Part shown: positions 44,103 through 54,897 of the stretch, in pieces
Layout: each line of letters begins with the position of its first letter
Numbering within the stretch: the stretch's first letter is position 1
DNA from: a bacterium
GTDB taxonomy: Bacteria > Bacillota > Clostridia > Lachnospirales > Lachnospiraceae
Assembly: GCA_023667365.1 (NCBI GenBank)
Contig: JAMPAG010000003.1
Location: 16,384 to 80,383 of the forward strand
DNA: 64,000 nucleotides
Reading direction: 5' to 3'
Made by a program: the position numbers and the translations under genes
The notes under the pieces: generated by a model
Database searches by the model: none
Told to the model about the DNA's origin: nothing
The model's input: the letters and a program-made list of their open reading frames with translations, nothing else

Positions 44103-45098
44103 TTAACTCTCCTCGTGATACCCCGCAAGGAACTCCACATAGCGGCCGGTTCCGATCGCAACCGCCGTCATCGGCTCCTCCGCCGTCATCGTATTGATTC
44201 CCGTCTTGCTCGCGATCAGATCCTCCAATCCGCGCAGCAGGCTTCCGCCTCCGGTCAATACGATACCGCGGTCCGCAATATCCGCCGCAAGCTCAGGCGG
44301 CGTTTTCTCCAGCACGCTGTGTATGATCTCTATGATCTGCGAAGTCGTCTCTCTGAGCGCTTCCTCCGTCTCTTCCGAGGAAACCTTCACGGTGCGCGGC
44401 AGACCTGTTACCAGATTCCGCCCGCGGACCTCCATATAATCCACTTCCGACCGCTTAAACGCCGTACCGATCTTGATCTTAATGTCTTCCGCCGTTCTCT
44501 CACCGATCAAAAGATTATGCTTTTTACGCATATAGCGCACGATCGCCTCGTCAAAATCATCCCCCGCGACCTTAATGGAAGCGCTGACTACCGTGCCTCC
44601 AAGGGAAATGACCGCAATATCTGATGTACCGCCGCCAATATCGACGATCATGTTGCCGCACGGCTTGCTGATGTCAATGCCAGCTCCGATCGCCGCCGCG
44701 ATGGGCTCCTCAATGATGGAAACCTCTCTCGCGCCCGCCTGATACGTCGCATCCTCGACCGCCTTTTTTTCTACCTCCGTCACGCCGCTCGGCACGCACA
44801 CCGCAATGCGCGGCTTGCGGAACGTTCTTCTTCCGAGCGCCTTCTGGATAAAATATTTCATCATTTTCTCTGTGACGGTATAATCAGAAATAACGCCCTG
44901 ACGCAGCGGTCTGACCGCAACAATATTGCCCGGCGTCCTTCCCAACATCAGACGCGCATCCTCGCCGATCGCCTTTATCTTATTCGTATCCCTGTCAAAC
45001 GCAACGACGGACGGCTCCTTTAAGACAACGCCTTTCCCTCTGATGTAAACAAGAATACTCGCAGTTCCCAAATCAATTCCAATATCCGTGTACTGCAT
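44103..45098 (-). CDS. mbl: MreB-family actin-like protein (Mbl-like by synteny with the rod genes)
   Basis: IGIDLGTASILVY, DIGGGTSDIAV, VLTGGGSLLRGL. The order mbl then two rod genes mirrors B. subtilis mbl-flhO-flhP. Confidence 0.9.
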   Translation of the reverse strand: MQYTDIGIDLGTASILVYIRGKGVVLKEPSVVAFDRDTNKIKAIGEDARLMLGRTPGNIVAVRPLRQGVISDYTVTEKMMKYFIQKALGRRTFRKPRIAVCVPSGVTEVEKKAVEDATYQAGAREVSIIEEPIAAAIGAGIDISKPCGNMIVDIGGGTSDIAVISLGGTVVSASIKVAGDDFDEAIVRYMRKKHNLLIGERTAEDIKIKIGTAFKRSEVDYMEVRGRNLVTGLPRTVKVSSEETEEALRETTSQIIEIIHSVLEKTPPELAADIADRGIVLTGGGSLLRGLEDLIASKTGINTMTAEEPMTAVAIGTGRYVEFLAGYHEES

Positions 45099-45224
45099 GT
45101 TCCAAACCCCTCTTTCTCAATGCTCTCCTCTATTCCTATCAAGAATGATTCTTATGTTCATGACCAAATGGCAAAACCTGTTTTCAGCATTGCCACCTAC
45201 CGTAAAAATTAAACACACGAAGCC

Positions 45225-45252
45225 ATTATAACCCATAAGAACGCATTTTCAA
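45225..45252 (-). promoter_or_regulatory. Sigma-A-type promoter for mbl
   Basis: Minus strand TTGAAA-16 nt-TATAAT, about 125 nt upstream of ATG 45098. Confidence 0.5.
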
Positions 45253-45311
45253 AGGGGTTTCCGAAAACTTCACAAATTTTTTTGAAACGGTTTCCTTTTC
45301 TTAATTTGCAA

Positions 45312-45346
45312 ACGCAGACGCAAAATGCTTCTTTCGCTTATCGCGA
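45312..45346 (-). repeat. Short or rearranged copy C of the intergenic repeat
   Basis: acgcagacgcaaaatgcttctttcgcttatcgcg joins the two ends of copy B (gcagacgtgaaatgcttcgc ... gcttatcgcg). Confidence 0.5.
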
Positions 45347-45416
45347 AAAAAGAAAGCACGCCGCAAAAAGCGGTTCCGTCCGCCCTGCGTTTCGTGCTTC
45401 CATGCATCTAGGTAAT

Positions 45417-45443
45417 TTATCGGCTGTTTTCCGGCAAAATTAA
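45417..45443 (-). promoter_or_regulatory. Sigma-28 (SigD/FliA)-type promoter upstream of mbl and the rod genes
   Basis: Minus strand TTAA-15 nt-GCCGATAA compared with the Bacillus SigD consensus TAAA-N15-GCCGATAT. It starts 4 nt after the uvrA stop. Confidence 0.5.
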
Positions 45444-45446
45444 AGG

Positions 45447-48329
45447 TCATTTTGTGCTTTTTTGCGTTTTTCTATGATTTTCCCTTTCCAACATTTTCCG
45501 GATATAAACGCCTGTATAGGAATTCTCCGTCCGCGCAACCTCCTCCGGCGTTCCCCGTGCGATCACACGGCCGCCGCCGTCTCCTCCTTCCGGTCCCATA
45601 TCAATGATATAATCCGCCGTCTTGATCACGTCTAAATTGTGCTCGATCACGACCACGGTGTTCCCGCCGTCTGCAAGACGGTGCAGAATGTCCACCAGTT
45701 TATGCACGTCCGCAAAGTGAAGTCCGGTCGTCGGCTCGTCCATAATATAGATCGTCTTACCCGTATCCCGCCTGGACAGCTCTGTCGCAAGCTTGATCCG
45801 CTGCGCCTCGCCGCCCGACAAGGTCGTTGAAGGCTGTCCTAAACGGATATAGGAAAGCCCGACGTCGTAAAGCGTCTCGATTTTTCTTCGGATGGACGGG
45901 ACATTCTCAAAGAAATGTACGGCTTCCTCCACCGTCATATCCAACACGTCATAAATGCTCTTTCCCTTATATTTGACTTCCAGTGTTTCCCGGTTGTAAC
46001 GTTTACCGCCGCACACCTCACACGGGACATACACATCGGGCAAAAAGTGCATCTCGATCTTAACGATACCGTCCCCGCTGCACGCCTCGCATCGTCCGCC
46101 CTTTACGTTAAAGCTGAATCTGCCCTTGCCGTATCCGCGCGCTTTGGCGTCCGTTGTCCCTGCAAAAAGATCCCTGATCTGATCGAACACGCCCGTATAG
46201 GTCGCCGGATTGGAACGCGGCGTTCTTCCGATCGGAGACTGGTCGATATTGATGACTTTATCCAGCTTATCCACATGAAGGATCGTGTCATGATCCCCCG
46301 CAATGGTACGCGCCCGGTTCAGCTTCTTTGCCAGATATTTGTATACGATCTCATTGACCAGCGAGCTCTTTCCCGATCCGGAGACGCCTGTGACACAGGT
46401 AAATACGCCGAGCGGAATGTCCACGTCAATATTTTTCAGATTATGCTCCCGTGCGCCTTTCACGGTCAGAAAGCCGGTCGGTTTTCTCCTTGTTTCCGGT
46501 ACAGGGATCCGCTTCACGCCGCTTAAATACTGACCGGTAACAGACTCCTTCACTTTCATGATCTGCTCCGCCGTTCCCTGCGCTATGACCTCGCCCCCGT
46601 GCTCCCCGGCTCCGGGACCGATGTCCACAATATAGTCCGCCGCCAGCATCGTGTCCTCGTCATGCTCCACAACGAGAACCGAATTGCCGAGATCGCGCAG
46701 CCGCCTCAGTGTCGCGAGCAGTTTGTCATTGTCGCGCTGATGCAGTCCGATACTCGGTTCATCCAGAATGTAGCATACGCCGACAAGCCCCGATCCGATC
46801 TGCGTCGCCAGACGGATCCGCTGCGCCTCACCGCCCGATAAGCTCGCCGTCGCTCTGGAAAGGCTCAGATATTCCAATCCGACATCAACCAGAAACCGCA
46901 CGCGCGCACGGATCTCTTTTAGGATCTGATCTCCGATCAGCTTCTGCTGCTTCGTCAGCTCCATCGTCTCTAAAAATTCCGCGAGCGACTTGATGGAAAG
47001 CGACGTGATCTCATAGATATTCTTATCGCTGACCGTCACGGCAAGCGACGTTTTCTTTAAGCGCCTGCCCTTGCAGAGACTGCAGGGCGTGATCTTCATA
47101 AACGTCTCATATTCCTGTTTCATCATATCCGAGGCGGTCTCGCGGTAACGCTTCTGCATATTCCGGATCAGCCCTTCAAACGCAACGGGATAAACGCCCT
47201 CGCCGCGCTGTCCCTTATAATGCACCTTGACCTGCCGCCCGTTCGTGCCGGAAATGATGACCTCCCGCACCTCGTCGGACAGCTCTTCAAACGGCGTGTC
47301 CAGAGAAAAATGATACTCCTTTGCCAGGGCTTTGAGCAGCGCATGGGTAAAGCTCCCCTCATCCCCGCTCGACTGCCAGCCCATCGCCACGATCGCCCCC
47401 TGATTCAGACTTAAAGAACGATCCGGTATCATCAGCTCCTCGTCAAATTCCATCTTATAGCCGAGTCCGAAGCAGTCGGGACACGCGCCGAACGGATTGT
47501 TAAAAGAAAAACTTCTCGGCTCGATCTCCTCAATGCTGATCCCGCACTCCGGACACGCAAAGCTCTGACTGAACTGTAACGGCTCTCCGTCGATCACATC
47601 CACCACCATCAGTCCCTCCGCCAGTTCAAGCGTGTTTTCGATCGAGCTTGTCAGCCGGCTCTCAATGCCCGGCTTCACAACAAGACGATCCACAACGATC
47701 TCGATCGTGTGCTTGATATTCTTGTCCAGCTTGATCTCCTCGGAAAGCTCATACATGCTGCCATCCACGATCACGCGCACATAGCCGCTCCGCGCCGCGC
47801 GCGTGAGCACCTTGACGTGCTCTCCCTTTTTTCCGCGGACAACGGGCGCGAGCAGCTGGAGCTTTGTCCCCTCCGCAAGCGCCATGATCTGATCGCACAT
47901 CTCGTCAACCGTCTGCTTCCGGATCTCCCTGCCGCATTCCGGGCAGTGCGGTATTCCGATCCGCGCATAGAGCAGGCGGAAATAATCATAGATTTCCGTC
48001 ACGGTCCCCACCGTAGAACGCGGATTGCGGTTTGTCGATTTCTGATCGATGGAAATCGCAGGGGAAAGCCCCTCGATTTTCTCCACGCTCGGCTTTTCCA
48101 TTTGTCCCAGAAATTGTCTTGCGTAAGAAGACAGCGACTCCATATAACGTCTCTGTCCTTCCGCGTAGATCGTATCAAATGCCAGTGATGATTTGCCCGA
48201 ACCGGAAAGTCCCGTCAATACCACTAACTGATTTCTCGGAATATCAATATCAATGTGCTTCAGATTATGCTCATTTGCCCCGCGGATCCGAATACATTCC
48301 GTCGGTGCCAGCATTTTTTTTGCTGCCAT
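45447..48329 (-). CDS. uvrA: Excinuclease ABC subunit A
   Basis: 960 aa. Two ABC modules ([26 protein letters not shown] twice) and zinc-finger cysteines. Confidence 0.97.
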   Translation of the reverse strand: MAAKKMLAPTECIRIRGANEHNLKHIDIDIPRNQLVVLTGLSGSGKSSLAFDTIYAEGQRRYMESLSSYARQFLGQMEKPSVEKIEGLSPAISIDQKSTNRNPRSTVGTVTEIYDYFRLLYARIGIPHCPECGREIRKQTVDEMCDQIMALAEGTKLQLLAPVVRGKKGEHVKVLTRAARSGYVRVIVDGSMYELSEEIKLDKNIKHTIEIVVDRLVVKPGIESRLTSSIENTLELAEGLMVVDVIDGEPLQFSQSFACPECGISIEEIEPRSFSFNNPFGACPDCFGLGYKMEFDEELMIPDRSLSLNQGAIVAMGWQSSGDEGSFTHALLKALAKEYHFSLDTPFEELSDEVREVIISGTNGRQVKVHYKGQRGEGVYPVAFEGLIRNMQKRYRETASDMMKQEYETFMKITPCSLCKGRRLKKTSLAVTVSDKNIYEITSLSIKSLAEFLETMELTKQQKLIGDQILKEIRARVRFLVDVGLEYLSLSRATASLSGGEAQRIRLATQIGSGLVGVCYILDEPSIGLHQRDNDKLLATLRRLRDLGNSVLVVEHDEDTMLAADYIVDIGPGAGEHGGEVIAQGTAEQIMKVKESVTGQYLSGVKRIPVPETRRKPTGFLTVKGAREHNLKNIDVDIPLGVFTCVTGVSGSGKSSLVNEIVYKYLAKKLNRARTIAGDHDTILHVDKLDKVINIDQSPIGRTPRSNPATYTGVFDQIRDLFAGTTDAKARGYGKGRFSFNVKGGRCEACSGDGIVKIEMHFLPDVYVPCEVCGGKRYNRETLEVKYKGKSIYDVLDMTVEEAVHFFENVPSIRRKIETLYDVGLSYIRLGQPSTTLSGGEAQRIKLATELSRRDTGKTIYIMDEPTTGLHFADVHKLVDILHRLADGGNTVVVIEHNLDVIKTADYIIDMGPEGGDGGGRVIARGTPEEVARTENSYTGVYIRKMLERENHRKTQKSTK

Positions 48330-48344
48330 GTTGTGTATACTCCT

Positions 48345-50321
48345 TTATTCTATCCGTTTCTTTAATTCCAGCATCTTATCACGCAGCTCTGCCGCCGTCT
48401 CGAAATCCAGCTCTGCCGCCGCTTTCTTCATCTTCTTCTGGATCGCCGCGATCAGCTTCTCCAGCTCTTCTTTTGACATGGATTCGGGATCTTTCTCGAA
48501 GCGGACTTCCTCTTTTGCGATCTTCTTGCTGATACTGATCAGATCCCTTACCGCCTTGCGGATCGTCTGCGGCGTGATCCCGTGCTCCTCGTTATACTGC
48601 TGCTGAATCCTGCGCCTGCGTTCCGTCTCCTCGATCGCCACGCGCATGGAGTCCGTAACCTGATCCGCATACATAATGACATGTCCGTCAGAATTACGCG
48701 CTGCGCGTCCGATCGTCTGGATCAGCGAAGTCTCGGAACGGAGAAATCCCTCCTTGTCCGCATCCAAAATCGCCACCAATGAGATTTCGGGAATGTCCAG
48801 TCCCTCGCGCAGCAGGTTGATGCCGACGAGCACGTCAAACACATCCAGCCGCATATCGCGTATGATCTCGGCGCGCTCCAGCGTGTCAATATCCGAATGC
48901 AGGTATTTGACACGGATACCGACGTCCTTCATATAGTCTGTCAGGTCTTCCGCCATCCGTTTGGTGAGCGTTGTCACAAGCACTTTATTTTTGCGTTCGG
49001 TCTCCCTGCGGATCTCTCCGATCAGATCGTCGATCTGCCCCTCGATCGGGCGGACAAACACTTCGGGGTCAAGCAGCCCGGTCGGGCGGATGATCTGCTC
49101 CGTCCGCAGCAGCTCATGCTCCTGCTCATAATCGTTCGGCGTTGCGGATACGAACAGCATCTGATCGATATGCTGCTCAAACTCCGTAAAGTTTAACGGC
49201 CGGTTATCCAGCGCCGACGGCAGGCGGAAACCGTAATCCACAAGCGTCGTCTTGCGCGAGCGGTCGCCCGCGTACATTCCCCTGATCTGCGGAATCGTCA
49301 TATGGGACTCGTCAATGATGATCAGGTAATCGTCCTGAAAATAGTCCATCAGACATTTCGGCGGCTCCCCTGCCTTCGTGCCGCTCAAATGTCTGGAATA
49401 ATTCTCAATGCCGGAACAAAAGCCGGTCTCGCGCAGCATCTCCACATCGAAGTTCGTGCGTTCGGCGATGCGCTGCGCCTCTAACAGCTTGTCCTCCTGC
49501 TTAAAAAAAACAACCCGTTCCTTTAACTCCTCCTCGATTGCGTCACAGGCGCGCCGGATCTTTTCCTGTGCGACCACATAATGGGACGCCGGGAAGATCA
49601 TCACATGCTCCAATACGGCAAGCGCTTTTCCTGTCAGCGGCTCCACCTCCGTGATGCGGTCGATCTCGTCGCCGAAAAACTCCACCCGGATCAACGCGTC
49701 GCCGCCCTGCGCGGGATTGATCTCCAACACATCCCCATGAACGCGGAAACAGCTCCGGTCGAGATCCAAGTCGTTCCTCTCATACTGCATGTCGATCAGC
49801 TCATGGATGACCTGATCCCGATCCTTTGTCATACCCGGCCGCAGGGAAACCACCATGCCCATATAGTCGTCCGGACTTCCCAGACCGTAAATACACGATA
49901 CGCTCGCAACTACGATCACATCCTTCCGCTCCGTCAACGACGCCGTCGCGGACAGGCGCAGTCTGTCGATCTCCTCATTGACGGCGGAATCTTTCGCAAT
50001 ATAGGTATCCGACGACGGCACATACGCCTCCGGCTGATAATAGTCATAATAAGACACAAAGTATTCCACCGCATTATTCGGAAAAAATTCCTTGAACTCA
50101 CCGTAAAGCTGTGCCGCCAGCGTCTTATTATGCGCGATGATCAGCGTCGGCTTATTCAACGCCTGTATGACATTCGCCATCGTAAAGGTCTTGCCGGAAC
50201 CGGTCACGCCGAGAAGCGTCTGAAACTGGTTTCCCTCTTTGAAGCCCTTTACCAGATCGGCGATCGCCTGCGGCTGGTCGCCGGTCGGCGCATATTCTGA
50301 TACCAATTCGAAATGATCCAT
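48345..50321 (-). CDS. uvrB: Excinuclease ABC subunit B
   Basis: Start at [20 protein letters not shown] (ATG 50321, AAGGAAGGGA RBS). [13 protein letters not shown]-terminal UVR domain. Confidence 0.97.
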   Translation of the reverse strand: MDHFELVSEYAPTGDQPQAIADLVKGFKEGNQFQTLLGVTGSGKTFTMANVIQALNKPTLIIAHNKTLAAQLYGEFKEFFPNNAVEYFVSYYDYYQPEAYVPSSDTYIAKDSAVNEEIDRLRLSATASLTERKDVIVVASVSCIYGLGSPDDYMGMVVSLRPGMTKDRDQVIHELIDMQYERNDLDLDRSCFRVHGDVLEINPAQGGDALIRVEFFGDEIDRITEVEPLTGKALAVLEHVMIFPASHYVVAQEKIRRACDAIEEELKERVVFFKQEDKLLEAQRIAERTNFDVEMLRETGFCSGIENYSRHLSGTKAGEPPKCLMDYFQDDYLIIIDESHMTIPQIRGMYAGDRSRKTTLVDYGFRLPSALDNRPLNFTEFEQHIDQMLFVSATPNDYEQEHELLRTEQIIRPTGLLDPEVFVRPIEGQIDDLIGEIRRETERKNKVLVTTLTKRMAEDLTDYMKDVGIRVKYLHSDIDTLERAEIIRDMRLDVFDVLVGINLLREGLDIPEISLVAILDADKEGFLRSETSLIQTIGRAARNSDGHVIMYADQVTDSMRVAIEETERRRRIQQQYNEEHGITPQTIRKAVRDLISISKKIAKEEVRFEKDPESMSKEELEKLIAAIQKKMKKAAAELDFETAAELRDKMLELKKRIE

Positions 50322-50428
50322 ATGAAATCCCTTCCTTATGACTACGATCAAAGCGAACCTGTCTGTCATCCTTCTGCATTCACATTGCCATGCTACCATA
50401 AAACAGACCATAATTCAATAGTCTTTTT

Positions 50429-50440
50429 GAACATATGTTC
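50429..50440. promoter_or_regulatory. LexA (Cheo/SOS) box upstream of uvrBA
   Basis: aGAACATATGTTCa compared with the Firmicute consensus CGAACnnnnGTTCG. It lies about 110 nt upstream of the uvrB ATG, just upstream of a candidate promoter TTGAAT-17-TAGCAT (50390-50418). Confidence 0.65.
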
Positions 50441-50454
50441 TATTTTTGTTCACA

Positions 50455-50494
50455 AAAAAATACAGACATAAATTTTTCATTTATGCCTGTATTT
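50455..50494 (-). terminator. Intrinsic terminator of glnN
   Basis: Sense strand ATACAGGCATAAAT gaaaa ATTTATGTCTGTAT followed by TTTTTTT. Confidence 0.75.
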
Positions 50495-50511
50495 CTCTGT
50501 TGATCCCCTTT

Positions 50512-52623
50512 TTATACTTCAAACATCAGCTCGCCGTATGTCGGGAACGGCCACAGCTCCTTATCCACGATCATTTCCAGTTTATCCGCCGGTGTGCGAA
50601 GCTCCTGCATGATCTTCATGACCGTATCTTTGTAGAAGAATGCCTGCGCCTTTACATCCGCCATCGCCGAGGCGTCCGCCTCCGCCTTCTTTAAGTCGGA
50701 AAGCGCATTCTTCATATCGCTGAGCAGCGCGGTCGTCTCCTTTAACAGATCAACCTGAACGGATGCGTCGCCGCCCGCCGCTTTTACGGCGTTGATCGTA
50801 TCCGCAAGGCTCTTTGTATAACTCATGACTGCCGGAATGATCTGCTTGCCCGCCATATCAATCATCGTCAGCGCCTCGATGTTGATCGTCTTCGCATACG
50901 TCTCGTAGATGATCTCCTCGCGCGACTCCAACTCTTTCTCCGTAAAGATGCCGAACTTCTCAAACAGCTTGACCGCCTTCTCCGTCGTCAGGGAGCCCGC
51001 CGCTTCAATCATGGACTTGATGTTCGGAAGTCCTCTCTTCTCCGCTTCCGTCACCCACTCGTCGGAATAGCCGTCGCCGTTAAACACGATCCTCTGGTGC
51101 TTTGTCATATACTCTTTGATCAGATCGTGTACCTCGTTTTCAAAATCCTCCGCCTTTTCCAGACGATCGGCCGCCTCGCAGAATGCCTCCGCCACGATCG
51201 CGTTTAAGATCGTGTTCGGACTCGCGATGGAATCCGCAGAACCAACCATACGGAACTCAAATTTATTTCCCGTGAACGCAAACGGGGAAGTCCGGTTTCT
51301 GTCCGTTGCATCTTTATCCAAATCGGGCAGCGTCTTTACGCCTGTCAGCAGCTTCCCGCCCTCTTTTAAGCTCTTCGCCATGCCCGTCGCAACAAGCTGC
51401 GTCACCACGTCGTCCAGCTGCTCGCCAAGGAACATGGAAATAATCGCGGGCGGCGCCTCGTTCGCACCGAGACGGTGATCGTTTCCAACATCGGACGCGC
51501 TCTGTCTGAGCAGATCCGCATGGGTATCGACCGCCTTCATGATGCAGGCAAGCACTAACAGGAACTGCACGTTCTCGTTCGGCGTATCGCCCGGATCTAA
51601 CAGATTCACGCCGTTGTCCGTCGTGATCGACCAGTTGTTATGCTTACCGGATCCGTTCACGCCCGCGTAAGGCTTCTCGTGAAGCAGACACCGCATATCA
51701 TGCTTATATGCCACCCGCTTCATCGCTTCCATGACAAGCTGGTTGTGATCGACCGCGATATTTGCCGTCTCGTAGATCGGCGCCAGCTCGTGCTGCGCGG
51801 GCGCGACTTCATTGTGCTGTGTCTTTGCCGTCACGCCGAGTTTCCACAGCTCGATATTTAAGTCCTTCATATATGCGCCGACGCGCTCCTTGATGACGCC
51901 GAAATAATGATCTTCCATTTCCTGTCCCTTCGGAGCCGGCGCGCCGAACAACGTTCTTCCCGCAAACATTAAGTCGGGGCGCTGCATATATAAATCTTTA
52001 TCCACCAGAAAATATTCCTGCTCCGGTCCGACGGACGCCGTCACCTTCGTCGCGCCCTGATTGCCGAACAGTCTCACGATACGGAGCGCCTGCTCGGACA
52101 ATGCCTCCATGGAGCGCAGAAGCGGCGTTTTTTTATCGAGCGCCTCACCCGTATAAGAGCAGAACGCCGTCGGAATACAAAGGATCGTCCCGCATCCCGA
52201 CTCCTTTAAGAATGCCGGCGACGTAATATCCCAGGCCGTGTACCCCCTCGCCTCAAACGTTGCGCGCAAGCCTCCCGACGGAAAAGAAGAAGCGTCCGGT
52301 TCGCCCTTAATCAGCTCTTTCCCCGAAAACTCCGTCAGCATTTTGCCGCTCTCGTCCGGATGCGCGACAAACGCGTCGTGCTTTTCCGCCGTGATGCCGG
52401 TCAGCGGCTGGAACCAGTGCGTAAAGTGGGTCGCGCCGTTCTCGACCGCCCAATCCTTCATTGCCTTGGCAACCACGTTCGCCGCCGACATGGACAGCTC
52501 TCCGCCCTCATTCATGACTTTTTTGACTTCCCTATAGACGTCCTTCGGCAGCACCTCTTTCATCTTGCCGAGTGTAAAGACGTCCGATGCAAAAATCTCT
52601 TCCACATTCATTACTTCGCTCAT
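50512..52623 (-). CDS. glnN: Type III glutamine synthetase
   Basis: About 700 aa. Start at [11 protein letters not shown] (ATG 52623, GGGAGGAG RBS). The [10 protein letters not shown] and [10 protein letters not shown] blocks are characteristic of GSIII. Confidence 0.9.
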   Translation of the reverse strand: MSEVMNVEEIFASDVFTLGKMKEVLPKDVYREVKKVMNEGGELSMSAANVVAKAMKDWAVENGATHFTHWFQPLTGITAEKHDAFVAHPDESGKMLTEFSGKELIKGEPDASSFPSGGLRATFEARGYTAWDITSPAFLKESGCGTILCIPTAFCSYTGEALDKKTPLLRSMEALSEQALRIVRLFGNQGATKVTASVGPEQEYFLVDKDLYMQRPDLMFAGRTLFGAPAPKGQEMEDHYFGVIKERVGAYMKDLNIELWKLGVTAKTQHNEVAPAQHELAPIYETANIAVDHNQLVMEAMKRVAYKHDMRCLLHEKPYAGVNGSGKHNNWSITTDNGVNLLDPGDTPNENVQFLLVLACIMKAVDTHADLLRQSASDVGNDHRLGANEAPPAIISMFLGEQLDDVVTQLVATGMAKSLKEGGKLLTGVKTLPDLDKDATDRNRTSPFAFTGNKFEFRMVGSADSIASPNTILNAIVAEAFCEAADRLEKAEDFENEVHDLIKEYMTKHQRIVFNGDGYSDEWVTEAEKRGLPNIKSMIEAAGSLTTEKAVKLFEKFGIFTEKELESREEIIYETYAKTINIEALTMIDMAGKQIIPAVMSYTKSLADTINAVKAAGGDASVQVDLLKETTALLSDMKNALSDLKKAEADASAMADVKAQAFFYKDTVMKIMQELRTPADKLEMIVDKELWPFPTYGELMFEV

Positions 52624-52646
52624 AATGCTCCTCCCTTTCCTCTCCA

Positions 52647-52681
52647 AAACAAAAAATGCCCCAAAATCGCTTTTGGAACAT
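52647..52681 (-). promoter_or_regulatory. Terminator-like hairpin inside the glnN 5' leader (candidate attenuator)
   Basis: Sense strand AUGUUCCAAAA gcga UUUUGGGGCAU (11 bp including two G-U pairs) followed by UUUUUUGUUUU, ending about 25 nt before the glnN start codon. An alternative small hairpin GAACAaugaUGUUC overlaps its 5' arm. Confidence 0.4.
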
Positions 52682-52808
52682 CATTGTTCAGGTTACCGTA
52701 TGTACGAACGTGCTTCGTTTTTATAACAATAACCCAAAACAAAGAAAAATGCAAGCCCAAAGACAAAATTTTTTCGTTCTTGATTGTACTATGACTCCGC
52801 GGCGGCGG

Positions 52809-54152
52809 TCAACCGTTTTTTGTCCCGTCCTTTTTTACCCGCAGAAGATCGTACTGCGAAGCCGGCGCGGACAACGTAAGAAACAGCGTCTGCTGCGGAT
52901 GCGGACAGCTTGACACGCTCTCCCCGTCCGCCGTTTTCATGCCGAGTACCCGCACCGTGACATTTCCCGCGAAAAAATCCCCGCCGTCTTTCCTATCCGG
53001 CTCTCCGCCGCGGCTTTCATCGGACGTCCCGCGGCAGTCCGCCTCATTTCCGCCGACAGGACGCATCAGCTCGATCTCGTCCCCGACCGCAAACTTGTTG
53101 CGCTGCGTGATCCGGCAGCTTCCGTCGGCAAGCACCTCCTCGATCATCCCCAGATACACGTACTCATTGAGATAGGTATTGTCGTCATAGACCTGCGCGT
53201 CTCGCTCCGGCTTTCCGTAAAAAAATCCGGTCGTAAACTTCCGGTGCGTGCATTTGGCGATCTCTTCGCGGTACAGGGGAAGATGCTCCCGGTAACGATC
53301 GGGCGACGCGGTATAATCGTCGATCGCCATGCGGTAGGTCCGCGCGACCGCCGCCACATAGAGCGCCGTCTTCATGCGCCCTTCCACCTTAAAACTGTCG
53401 ATCCCCGCCGCAATCAGATCGGGAATGTGTTCCACCATGCACAGATCTTTGGAGCTAAACAAAAACGTGCCGCGCTCGTTCTCATAAACCGGAAGGTATT
53501 CGCCCGGTCTCGTCTCCTCCACCACCGCATATTTCCACCGGCACGGATGCGTGCACGCGCCCTGATTCGCGTCCCGTCCCGTAAAATAATGACTGAGCAG
53601 GCATCTGCCGGAATAAGAAATACACATCGCGCCGTGCACAAAAGTTTCGATCTCCATCTCCTGCGGGATATGCTCACGGATCTCTTTGATCTCCGCAAGT
53701 GAAAGCTCTCTGGCGGACACGACTCTGCGCGCGCCTAAATCCCACCAGAACCGATACGTTCCGTAATTCGTATTGTTCGCCTGCGTGGAAATATGAAGTT
53801 CGATCTCCGGACAATGCTCTTTCGCGAGCCGGAACATCCCCGGATCGGATACAATCAGCGCATCCGGTTTCGTTTCTTTTAATTCCCGGAAATACTCCGC
53901 CGCCGCGGTCAGATCGCTGTTATGCGCTAAGATATTGGCGGTCACATACACCCGCACGCCGTGTTCATGCGCGAACGCGATGCCCTGCGCCATTTCCTCC
54001 ATTGAAAAGTTTTTTGCCTTCGCGCGCAGCCCAAACTCCTCTCCGCCGATATACACCGCATCCGCGCCGAACCGCACGGCGGTTTTTAATACCTCAAGAC
54101 TCCCCGCCGGAATCAGCAGCTCCGGCTTCCCCTTCCGTTTCTCGTTTCTCAT
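52809..54152 (-). CDS. Peptidase U32 family protein (YrrO/TrhP-like)
   Basis: KPELLIPAGSLEVLKTAVRFGADAVYIGG...FVHGAMCISYSGRCLLS. Lies next to an O-methyltransferase as in B. subtilis yrrM-yrrN-yrrO. Confidence 0.88.
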   Translation of the reverse strand: MRNEKRKGKPELLIPAGSLEVLKTAVRFGADAVYIGGEEFGLRAKAKNFSMEEMAQGIAFAHEHGVRVYVTANILAHNSDLTAAAEYFRELKETKPDALIVSDPGMFRLAKEHCPEIELHISTQANNTNYGTYRFWWDLGARRVVSARELSLAEIKEIREHIPQEMEIETFVHGAMCISYSGRCLLSHYFTGRDANQGACTHPCRWKYAVVEETRPGEYLPVYENERGTFLFSSKDLCMVEHIPDLIAAGIDSFKVEGRMKTALYVAAVARTYRMAIDDYTASPDRYREHLPLYREEIAKCTHRKFTTGFFYGKPERDAQVYDDNTYLNEYVYLGMIEEVLADGSCRITQRNKFAVGDEIELMRPVGGNEADCRGTSDESRGGEPDRKDGGDFFAGNVTVRVLGMKTADGESVSSCPHPQQTLFLTLSAPASQYDLLRVKKDGTKNG

Positions 54153-54177
54153 ATCCGTCCTCGCTTCATTCGCTTTT

Positions 54178-54205
54178 GGAAAGAATGTCCGCAGGACATT
54201 CTTTG
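54178..54205 (-). repeat. Hairpin S1 (AAAGAATGTCC gca GGACATTCTTT + GAAA), adjacent to P3
   Basis: 11-bp perfect stem. Shares the frame GAAT-N4-C/loop/G-N4-ATTCTTTGAAA with S2. Confidence 0.6.
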
Positions 54206-54214
54206 AAAAATGAT

Positions 54215-54895
54215 TTAGAAGTTCTTAGGCTGCGTATTTTCCAGCCTTAGAACTTCTTCATTTTTTGTACTGAGCGCCACGCCGTCCCCGACCGGCAGGA
54301 TCACCGTATCAAGCTCCTCGTGATGCGTTAATGTATACAGGTACTCGCGCATTCTCGCATGGATCGTCCGGTTCCGCCTCGTGACCGCATAGCGCGACTC
54401 GATAACGTCCCCGTCCTGAAGCACATTGTCGGACACAAGCAGTCCGCCCTGCGCAAGCAGCCGGAACACATCGGGAAAAAAATGAGCATACTGCCCCTTC
54501 GCCGCATCCATAAAAATAAAATCATAGCTTCCGTTCAGCTCTTTCAAAAGATCCGCCGCGTCGCCCTCTAAGAGCGTGATCCGATCTTCTTTTCCCGCTC
54601 TTCGGAAATTCTCTTTCGCAAGCGGAATTCTTTTTTCATATTTCTCGATCGTCGTGATCTTCGCCTGCGGCGCCGCATCGCTCATGAGCAGCGCGGAAAA
54701 TCCGATTGCCGTGCCGACCTCCAAAATATCCGCCGGTTTCGTCAATGCAAGCAGAAACCGCAGAAGCGCCTGCGTCTGCGCCTGCACAACCGGCACCGCC
54801 GTCTCACGCGCGGTCTTTTCCAATTCGTATAAAAACGCCGAATTGCCTTTATCAAGAGAATTGATAAAGGCAATCATTCTTTCATCCACAACCAC
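54215..54895 (-). CDS. Class I SAM-dependent O-methyltransferase (YrrM/TrmR-like)
   Basis: ILEVGTAIGFSALLM (SAM motif I), FIFMDAAKGQY. GTG 54895 or ATG 54877 as start. The last 15 codons (EEVLRLENTQPKNF*) run through palindrome 54218-54256. Confidence 0.85.
   Translation of the reverse strand: MVVDERMIAFINSLDKGNSAFLYELEKTARETAVPVVQAQTQALLRFLLALTKPADILEVGTAIGFSALLMSDAAPQAKITTIEKYEKRIPLAKENFRRAGKEDRITLLEGDAADLLKELNGSYDFIFMDAAKGQYAHFFPDVFRLLAQGGLLVSDNVLQDGDVIESRYAVTRRNRTIHARMREYLYTLTHHEELDTVILPVGDGVALSTKNEEVLRLENTQPKNF
54218..54256 (-). repeat. 39-nt palindromic element P3 (15-9-15) forming the last codons of the O-methyltransferase gene
   Basis: GAAGTTCTTAGGCTG CGTATTTTC CAGCCTTAGAACTTC. 14 of 15 positions pair, with the same central mismatch. 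Confidence 0.85.
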
Positions 54896-54897
54896 AG

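Noticed and set aside
52624-52808. Glutamine riboswitch (glnA RNA) or TnrA/GlnR operator upstream of glnN.
   Set aside because: No TGTNA-N7-TNACA palindrome and no match to the compact glutamine-riboswitch core that I could see. Only a terminator-like hairpin is reported.
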